Source of the DNA: Acidimicrobiaceae bacterium
GTDB taxonomy: Bacteria; Actinomycetota; Acidimicrobiia; Acidimicrobiales; RAAP-2
DNA: 64,000 nt
Direction of reading: 5' to 3'
NCBI GenBank assembly: GCA_003161255.1
Contig: PMOQ01000056.1
Span: 25,599 to 89,598, forward strand
Below the pieces are notes generated by a model. The model was not told the origin of the DNA, did no database searches, and saw only the letters and a program-made list of their open reading frames with translations. How positions within the stretch are numbered: position 1 is the stretch's first letter; each line of letters opens with the position of its first letter. Shown here piece after piece: positions 58,486 through 64,000 of the stretch. The position numbers were made by a program, and so were the translations under genes.

Positions 58486-58851
58486 ATGGACAATCCAATC
58501 GTCCATTTTGAAATTCTGGGCCATGAAGGTCCATCGTTGATTGGGTTTTACCGGGATCTGTTCGGATGGGAGCTGCGCGACGTACCCATGAACGGGTACC
58601 ACTCCTACGCGTTCCTCCCGTCTCCTGATGAGGGAATCGGCGGCGGTGTAGGGCAGCTCGAACCAAGCGACCAGGGATTCGTGACCATTTATGTCGAAGT
58701 CCACGATCCGCAGTCAATCCTGGATCAGGCAGTCAGAGGCGGCGCGCAAGTTGTGCTCCCGGTAACTGAGATTCCAGGTGTGGGTGACATCGCCCGCTTT
58801 CGCGATCCACAGGGAAACGTGGTCGGCTTGGTGCGTTCCATCGCTGACTAA
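58486..58851 (+). CDS. VOC (glyoxalase/bleomycin-resistance) family protein, atypically low GC3
   Basis: MDNPIVHFEILGHEGPSLIGFYRDLFGWEL...ARFRDPQGNVVGLV. GAGGAG lies upstream of ATG 58486. Many A/T-ending codons, unlike the neighbours. Confidence 0.75.
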   Translation: MDNPIVHFEILGHEGPSLIGFYRDLFGWELRDVPMNGYHSYAFLPSPDEGIGGGVGQLEPSDQGFVTIYVEVHDPQSILDQAVRGGAQVVLPVTEIPGVGDIARFRDPQGNVVGLVRSIAD

Positions 58852-58899
58852 CAGCGTGCGCGGATAGGCACCGCACACCGCCCTTCTCGGGCGTCCGGC

Positions 58900-59214
58900 T
58901 CATGCTCGATCATCGAGCAGTGCCGGTTCCTGCTTCTTCGCCGGGGCTTCCCCGGCGGTTGCGGGACCAGTTCCACCACCACCGAGGCGGTGGCCAGCGC
59001 TCGACTCGGCGTTCGCCCAGGCGGCGAGGTTGACCGCGGCGTTGCGATCCCGGTCCATGACCAGCCCACAGCGCCCGCAGCGAAAGACTCGGTCCGACAG
59101 CGTCATGGCGGCCCGGATCGCACTCGGATGTCGACCGAAGGCCTTGTGCGATTGCCAAGAGGACTCTCCAGAAGCGATCCGGTCCCAGATCTCAGCCCAC
59201 TCGGCGCCAGTCAA
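58900..59214 (-). pseudogene. chimeric IS remnant: IS30-like N-terminal HTH fragment fused to the C-terminal zinc-ribbon/RuvC-III fragment of an IS605-family TnpB
   Basis: TGAEWAEIWDRIASGESSWQSHKAFGRHPSAIR resembles the IS30 HTH pattern (LTxxEReEI....GeS...IA..LGR.PSTIsRE). LSDRVFRCGRCGLVMDRDRNAAVNLAAWA is the hallmark TnpB C-terminus. At 104 aa it is far too short for either transposase. Confidence 0.6.
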
Positions 59215-59340
59215 CCGCCCCCGGGCTTGTCATTGCACCTCTTGGTTGCTGGCAGCTTTTGCTGGTCAACGACATGGTGCCGCCGCCGCCTGAATCCGCA
59301 ACTCGGAATTGAGTAAGGGATCACTCGGAACAGATATTCT

Positions 59341-59362
59341 GGGTCCGGGATCCCCCGGACCC
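59341..59362 (-). terminator. GC-rich hairpin GGGTCCGGG-(4 nt)-CCCGGACCC, 14 nt downstream of tRNA-Ile
   Basis: Perfect 9-bp stem read from the sequence, followed on the minus strand by AGAATATCTGTT. Confidence 0.5.
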
Positions 59363-59375
59363 AGACGACCTCGAG

Positions 59376-59449
59376 TGGGGCTAGCTGGAATCGAACCAGC
59401 GACCTCAGCATTATCAGTGCTGCGCTCTAACCGACTGAGCTATAGCCCC
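59376..59449 (-). tRNA. tRNA-Ile (anticodon GAU)
   Basis: GGGGCTATAGCTCAGTCGGTTAGAGCGCAGCACTGATAATGCTGAGGTCGCTGGTTCGATTCCAGCTAGCCCCA. All four arms pair, and the anticodon loop is CTGATAA. Confidence 0.85.
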
Positions 59450-59535
59450 GTTCCGGCAGACGCTTGTCAGCTTCCGCCGTCCCGCATTTTGGCATGTCCC
59501 CGAAAGTGATCCGCCCGACGAGGTCGACTAGCTGG

Positions 59536-60348
59536 TCATTCGCTGATCATCCGGACCGACATCGACTGGCTTGCGGTGGCCAAAAGCCGACCGTCCTCGG
59601 ACCACAAGTACGAGTGGCCTTGGGCGTACCCTCCGGCCAGCCCGTCTATGTAGATGTCGCACAGCACCCATTCGGTCGGGGAGAGCTCGACGACCCGCAA
59701 GGTGTTGTCGAGGCTGCTTCCGTGTGTCGGCCGGCCGATCACCTGGGAGACCCCACCGGCGACGAAGTCACCGAACACGGCAAGCGCGGCAGCCTCGGGG
59801 TCGAGGTGGCCCGGGACTCGGGCCCAGAGGGCGGAGTTGGCCGGACCGTGGAGAAGCTGGCCTGTCATCATCTCCTCGAACGTCCTGCCCTTGGCCAGGC
59901 GCGTCTCCACCTTGTCGAAGATCGTCTCTCGGTACGACCCGAACGGCACTCCTCGTTCCGGGCAGTTCTCGGGCCGGTCCACCTCCGGCGGGTGCACCGA
60001 GACCTGGTGGAGGTCGCCCGAATGGTCACCCAGTGCCGCGTTCACGGTGAGGATCTCGCTGTGGCCGACTCTTCCGACGACCCTGGCCTGGGTGGTCCTC
60101 CGCCCGACCGCGGCCAGCACGACGTCGAGCTCGAGGTGACTGCCGGTCGGAGCGAACGACAGATACTGCGCCGTCGCCCAGATGGTGGGCCGACCCGATG
60201 CGCCCTCCATGGCCACGATGCCGGCGGCAAGGCCACACCCCCCGAACAAGAAGTCACCCGGCGTCGAAAGTCCCGGCACCACGTCGAGCTCCCAATGGAG
60301 GTTCTGACCGTCAACCGGGCTCATGCCGAGGAAATCACGGGCATGCAT
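59536..60348 (-). CDS. acyl-CoA thioesterase (TesB-like double hotdog)
   Basis: C-terminal 270 aa of track ORF 59536..61725, starting MHARDFLGMSPVDGQNLHWELDVVPGLSTPGDFLFGGCGLAAGIVAME. The upstream part of that ORF is antisense to marR/MFS. Confidence 0.75.
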   Translation of the reverse strand: MHARDFLGMSPVDGQNLHWELDVVPGLSTPGDFLFGGCGLAAGIVAMEGASGRPTIWATAQYLSFAPTGSHLELDVVLAAVGRRTTQARVVGRVGHSEILTVNAALGDHSGDLHQVSVHPPEVDRPENCPERGVPFGSYRETIFDKVETRLAKGRTFEEMMTGQLLHGPANSALWARVPGHLDPEAAALAVFGDFVAGGVSQVIGRPTHGSSLDNTLRVVELSPTEWVLCDIYIDGLAGGYAQGHSYLWSEDGRLLATASQSMSVRMISE

Positions 60349-60457
60349 CGCCGGGCAGGCTACCTGGCTGGTTCGGGCCCAACCGACGCCGACGACGCGA
60401 GGGGTCGGCACCGCTAAACTTGCCATCGAGCAAGCAACTGTTCCCTTGCGAGGTGTT

Positions 60458-60931
60458 TTGGCCGACCCAAGCAGCACAGAAGGCAAGCCGAGCGGGACCA
60501 CCGACGCGGCAGCCCGGCTTCGTTCGGCGGTGAACCGGATCGCGCGGCGCCTGCGCCCGACCCGGGCGGGGGCGGGATTCACACCGACACAGATCTCCGT
60601 GCTCGAGACGGTGGCCAAGCGGGGGCCGATCCGGCTATCGGACCTCGCAGCGGTTGAGGGGATGAACCCGACGATGCTGTCCCGCGTCGCCCGCAAGCTC
60701 GAGGAGCCCGGGCTCATACGCCGGCACCCGCACCCCGTCGACGGTCGGGCGGCGCTGCTCGAGGTGACCGGTTCGGGGCGCCGGCTGTTCGAGCGAATCC
60801 GAACCGAGCGGACCGACCAACTGAGCCTCGCATTCGGCGAACTCAGCGACGCCGAACGCCACTTGGTTGTCGAGGCGCTGCCGGTGCTCGAGCGCCTTGC
60901 CGAGCAACTCAGGGATCGGCCACCGCGGTGA
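60458..60931 (+). CDS. MarR family transcriptional regulator
   Basis: FTPTQISVLETVAKRGPIRLSDLAAVEGMNPTMLSRVARKLEEPGLIRRHPHPVDGRAALLEVTGSG is a MarR winged helix. TTG 60458 follows GAGG. The start is uncertain. Confidence 0.8.
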   Translation: MADPSSTEGKPSGTTDAAARLRSAVNRIARRLRPTRAGAGFTPTQISVLETVAKRGPIRLSDLAAVEGMNPTMLSRVARKLEEPGLIRRHPHPVDGRAALLEVTGSGRRLFERIRTERTDQLSLAFGELSDAERHLVVEALPVLERLAEQLRDRPPR

Positions 60932-62349
60932 GCGAAGCGATCGCAGTGCCGCCCGGGCGCATCCGCCGGATGGGCCGCATGACCTTCTCGGCCCTCTCGG
61001 TTCCCAACTACCGGCGCTACTTCGTCGGTCAGACGATCTCGCTGGTCGGGACCTGGATGCAGACGACCGCCCAAGCCTGGTTGGTCCTGACCCTCACCAA
61101 CTCGTCGACGGATCTCGGCTTCATCATCGCTCTCCAGACTCTGCCGATACTCCTGTTCGGCCCCTATGCCGGCGTCATAGCCGACCGCGTCGACAAGCGG
61201 CGATTGATGGTCGTTCTCCAGTCGCTCATGGGTGTCCAGGCGCTCGTGCTCGGCATCCTGACGGTGACCCACCACATCCATCTCTGGGAGGTGTGCGTCC
61301 TGGCCGTCGTGCTCGGACTGAACAACACCTTCGAGAACCCGGCCCGGCAGGCGTTCGTCCTCGAGATGGTCGGTGCCGACGACCTCCGCAACGCCGTGAC
61401 CTTGAACTCGGTGATCGTCAACGCGGCCCGGGCGGTCGGCCCCGCCATCGCGGGTGTGCTCATCGCCACCGTCGGGGTTGGCACGTGCTTCCTGGCCAAC
61501 GCGGCAAGCTTCGTGGCGGTGGTCGTGTCCCTGGTCACGATGAACAAGGGCGCCCTCGACCCGAGCCCTCCGAGCCAACGGGCGAAGGGTCAAATGCGCG
61601 AGGGCCTGGCCTATGTCCGGCACAACCGCCGCCTCGCCATCCCCCTGCTCATGATGGGCATGGTCGGCATGCTCACCTACGAGTTCCAGGTCTCCCTCCC
61701 CGTGCTCGCCCGGCAGACCTTCCATGGGAACTCGGAGGTCTACGGGTTCATGACCGCAGCCATGGGGATCGGTGCGGTCGTCGGGGGGCTCGTTACCGCG
61801 GCCCGTGGATCCACCGGCGTCCGGCCGTTGGTCGTCGCCGCGACGGGGTTCGGGATCGTGACGCTCCTGGCGGCATTGGCGCCGAACCTGCCCCTCGAAC
61901 TGGTGGCGCTCGCAATGGTCGGATGGGGGAGCGTGGCGTTCCTGGCCCTCGGGAACTCCACTCTCCAGCTCAACTCGGATCCCTCGATGCGAGGCCGGGT
62001 CATGGCCCTGTGGGCGGTGGCGTTCCTGGGCTCGACGCCGATCGGGGGGCCGACCATCGGTTGGGTGATCCGGGAGTCCAACCCACGGGTCGGACTGGCG
62101 GTTGGCGCCGTCACCTGTTTCGTTGCCGCAGGCGTTGGTGCGCTGGCCCGACGGCGCTTCATCGCTCGGCGCGTCGTGGTGCCCACGGACATGGAGAGTT
62201 TCGACAAGGCGATCGGGGGCCCGTTGAGTGATGACGTTGCAGGTCGCGGGGTGAACGGCACGTCACTGCCGGTCGAACCGCCGGCCCCTGAAACGGGCCC
62301 CGCGTCGACCCGTGGTGAAATGGGCAATGGCTCTGAACATCCTGGGTGA
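60928..62349 (+). CDS. MFS transporter (MFS_3 family), coupled to marR
   Basis: 473 aa. NYRRYFVGQTISLVGTWMQTTAQAWLVL, about 12 TM segments. GTG overlaps the marR stop (GTGA). Confidence 0.8.
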   Translation: MSEAIAVPPGRIRRMGRMTFSALSVPNYRRYFVGQTISLVGTWMQTTAQAWLVLTLTNSSTDLGFIIALQTLPILLFGPYAGVIADRVDKRRLMVVLQSLMGVQALVLGILTVTHHIHLWEVCVLAVVLGLNNTFENPARQAFVLEMVGADDLRNAVTLNSVIVNAARAVGPAIAGVLIATVGVGTCFLANAASFVAVVVSLVTMNKGALDPSPPSQRAKGQMREGLAYVRHNRRLAIPLLMMGMVGMLTYEFQVSLPVLARQTFHGNSEVYGFMTAAMGIGAVVGGLVTAARGSTGVRPLVVAATGFGIVTLLAALAPNLPLELVALAMVGWGSVAFLALGNSTLQLNSDPSMRGRVMALWAVAFLGSTPIGGPTIGWVIRESNPRVGLAVGAVTCFVAAGVGALARRRFIARRVVVPTDMESFDKAIGGPLSDDVAGRGVNGTSLPVEPPAPETGPASTRGEMGNGSEHPG

Positions 62350-62686
62350 GGAACTCGAGCCCTGCAGCGGAGACCCGCTGACGGGCTTTTATCGGGATGG
62401 CCGTTGCAACACCGGCGCTGACGACGTTGGCCTCCATGTCGTGTGTGCGCAGATGACCGACGAGTTCTTGACGTTCTCGAAAATGACTGGCAACGACCTG
62501 AGCACCCCCCAGCCCGACGGCGGCTTCCCCGGGTTGGTGGCCGGCGACAGGTGGTGCCTGTGCGCCTCACGCTGGAAGGAGGCCTTCGACGCCGGGGTCG
62601 CTCCACCGGTCGTTCTGGCGGCCACCCATGCATCGGTGCTCGAGTGGGTTGAACTGGGCGAACTACGCCAGCACGCCACGAGCTGA
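62327..62686 (+). CDS. DUF2237 family protein
   Basis: MALNILGEELEPCSGDPLTGFYRDGRCNTGADDVGLHVVCAQMTDEFLTFSK...RWCLCASRW matches the conserved DUF2237 pattern. Confidence 0.75.
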   Translation: MALNILGEELEPCSGDPLTGFYRDGRCNTGADDVGLHVVCAQMTDEFLTFSKMTGNDLSTPQPDGGFPGLVAGDRWCLCASRWKEAFDAGVAPPVVLAATHASVLEWVELGELRQHATS

Positions 62687-62727
62687 TCGCGTGACTGAGT
62701 ATCGTGAGCACTGAAGGTTTCAGTCAC

Positions 62728-62801
62728 GGGGACGTAGCTCAGCTGGCTAGAGCACCTGCTTTGCAAGCAGGAAGTCGTGGGTTCGAGTCCCATCGTCTCC
62801 A
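62728..62801 (+). tRNA. tRNA-Ala (anticodon UGC)
   Basis: GGGGACGTAGCTCAGCTGGCTAGAGCACCTGCTTTGCAAGCAGGAAGTCGTGGGTTCGAGTCCCATCGTCTCCA. The G3-U70 identity pair is present, and the anticodon loop is TTTGCAA. Confidence 0.85.
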
Positions 62802-62827
62802 CTTGCTGCGGCGGACCCCATTCAGTG

Positions 62828-62853
62828 GACCACTTCTTTGAGACAAAGTGGTC
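62828..62853 (+). terminator. hairpin GACCACTT-(10 nt)-AAGTGGTC downstream of tRNA-Ala
   Basis: 8-bp stem read from the sequence in a locally AT-richer stretch. No clear T-tract. Confidence 0.35.
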
Positions 62854-62879
62854 TGCTGGATGGTGGTCGAGTGCATATC

Positions 62880-63030
62880 TTCGAATTCGTTCGGTTAGGT
62901 AACCAAGCGAGCTATGTCGCCGGCCCGAATTGTAGAAGTGTGGATGCATTCGGCGAGGGCCAGCGCGAGCTCCATCTGGTCCGCCGACTCTGCCGACTCA
63001 GGAGCTCGATCTGAGCTGTCTCGGGCCCGT
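62880..63030 (-). pseudogene. remnant of the C-terminus of an rve-type (IS3/IS481-like) transposase, frameshifted
   Basis: One minus-strand frame gives FYNSGRRHSSLGYLT (compare the conserved fYN..R.HSaLGY..P end of DDE/rve transposases). The adjacent upstream frame gives ELALALAECIH. No intact catalytic domain is present. Confidence 0.5.
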
Positions 63031-63034
63031 TTCG

Positions 63035-63889
63035 CTAACTTCGGAGCCGGGCCAGCCCGTTTCGGATGACGGGGACGCTAGAGGAGTCCGCGTCAAAGGC
63101 AAAGGTGTCCTGGTCGACCCGAAAGAGGTGCAGCTCGAGGTCCTCGCCGACGAACGTTGGCGCGGCGAACCGCACAGCAAGGCGGCCGATCTGGTTCGGA
63201 TCCCCATCTGCGATGAGCGAGACCACTCCCTGAGCACATAGCCCCATGGTGCACAGACCGTGGAGGAAGCGTCGGTCGAAACCGCTGCCGCGGGCCGCCT
63301 CGACGGTGAAGTGGTGCCCGGACCAGTCGCTGGAGACCTCGGCATAGCGCTGGGGCATGCCTTCATCGCTGCTGATGCGGTAGCTGCCGACTGGCCGCGC
63401 TCGGGCGTCGTCGGGAAAGCTGTGGTCAGGAGCGCCTTCGCCCACCGGGGCACCAACGGCGTTCAGTAGCACCGTCGTCCACCATTGGTCGGCGACCGGC
63501 GCTCCGTCGGTGTCGTAGGTGGAATATCGCATCGTGATCAGGTTGTGCCGTCCTCCGCGGCGCGAGCCCTGTGCTTCAACCCAAGTCTGAAGCTCTTCAC
63601 CCGGGATAATTTGGCGATGAAGTACGACGTCGTGTTCTCCGTGGATGCCGCCAGCCATTGAGTAGCGCACTGCCTCGGGCACCAACGTGTTGAAGGCAGC
63701 TTGCTGGGCCTCCCAGATCTGAGTGACAACCGCGACTGGGGGCACGGCCGTGCCGGCGAGCGGGCCGGGGTTCGGGTCCCTCGTAGCCTCCGCGTAGCGC
63801 CGGATGTGATCGGCATCCAGGCGTCCGTCGAATGGCCCGAGGCGCTGGCCAAGCAGGACTCCGGGGATCTCGCTCGATAAGACGGTCAT
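63035..63889 (-). CDS. MaoC-like / FAS1-type double-hotdog dehydratase
   Basis: 284 aa. N-terminal half: IRRYAEATRDPNP. C-terminal half: SDWSGHHFTVEAARGSGFDRRFLHGLCTMG (MaoC dehydratase motif). AGGAG lies upstream. Confidence 0.8.
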   Translation of the reverse strand: MTVLSSEIPGVLLGQRLGPFDGRLDADHIRRYAEATRDPNPGPLAGTAVPPVAVVTQIWEAQQAAFNTLVPEAVRYSMAGGIHGEHDVVLHRQIIPGEELQTWVEAQGSRRGGRHNLITMRYSTYDTDGAPVADQWWTTVLLNAVGAPVGEGAPDHSFPDDARARPVGSYRISSDEGMPQRYAEVSSDWSGHHFTVEAARGSGFDRRFLHGLCTMGLCAQGVVSLIADGDPNQIGRLAVRFAAPTFVGEDLELHLFRVDQDTFAFDADSSSVPVIRNGLARLRS

Positions 63890-63909
63890 GAGGTCGCTCC
63901 TGTCTGTGC

Positions 63910-64000
63910 CTAAGCGAGCCGGTGGGCGCGTCGGACTTTGGCCAGCACCGCGCTCTGTGCCCGCACGACGTGGACCGGCAGCGTCCGTTGTGTCTTCGTC
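63910..64000 (-). CDS. 3-prime end of an unidentified CDS entering from the right edge
   Basis: The minus-strand frame ending in TAG at 63910..63912 (...TLPVHVVRAQSAVLAKVRRAHRLA) has the strongest G/C third-position bias of the three frames. It is too short to name. Confidence 0.3.
   Translation of the reverse strand, partial: TKTQRTLPVHVVRAQSAVLAKVRRAHRLA

Noticed and set aside
59536-61725. 729-aa minus-strand ORF
   Set aside because: Only the last 270 aa (thioesterase, from ATG 60348) are protein-like. The rest is antisense to marR and the MFS gene.

Overview
This window is the replication-origin neighbourhood of a high-G+C, Actinomycetota-type chromosome. Gene order matches Mycobacterium and Streptomyces closely; a deep-branching lineage such as Acidimicrobiia is plausible, but that is inference only. 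The core is rpmH-rnpA-yidD-yidC-jag-rsmG-parA-parB on the minus strand, facing dnaA-dnaN-recF-DUF721(DciA-like)-gyrB-gyrA on the plus strand. There is a DnaA-box cluster upstream of dnaA, an AT-rich dnaA-dnaN spacer (candidate oriC), and two parS sites upstream of parA.

Left of the origin lie:
- the cca / DUF6049 / murJ / degV / trxB-trxA / cwlM-like block;
- a padR-ino1 operon;
- a glycerophosphodiesterase gene, DUF5318-panB, and rpsF-ssb-rpsR-rplI-dnaB;
- small redox, regulator and transporter genes (PPOX, an orphan OmpR-type regulator, bcp, MFS, cupin);
- a livGFHM plus binding-protein ABC operon, a minimal Smr gene, tRNA-Gly, and a partial Fe-S oxidoreductase.

Right of gyrA lie:
- a RodZ-like HTH membrane protein, a TPP enzyme, and a ClpX-zinc-ribbon/HTH gene coupled to a methyltransferase;
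- tRNA-Leu, then fhaA-fhaB-pstP-pbpA-pknB with no rodA or pknA;
- trpG, crgA, thiolase, PaaI thioesterase, pirin, and a low-GC3 VOC gene;
- IS scars beside tRNA-Ile, then thioesterase / marR-MFS / DUF2237;
- tRNA-Ala, another IS scar, and a MaoC dehydratase.

I found no CRISPR array, prophage, recognisable defence island or obviously novel multi-gene system. This is largely core, ordinary genome. The observations worth a second look are modest:
- unusual disordered extensions on S18, ParA and Jag;
- a stand-alone ClpX-type zinc-ribbon protein;
- a reduced, inverted fhaA-pknB cluster flanked by tRNAs and IS remnants;
- perfect palindromic operators;
- pervasive leaderless-type promoters;
- a few compositional and structural oddities.

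Many long ORFs in the six-frame track are antisense or fusion artefacts typical of high-GC DNA. I trimmed or rejected them. All start codons are my own choices from the sequence and are less certain than the stops.
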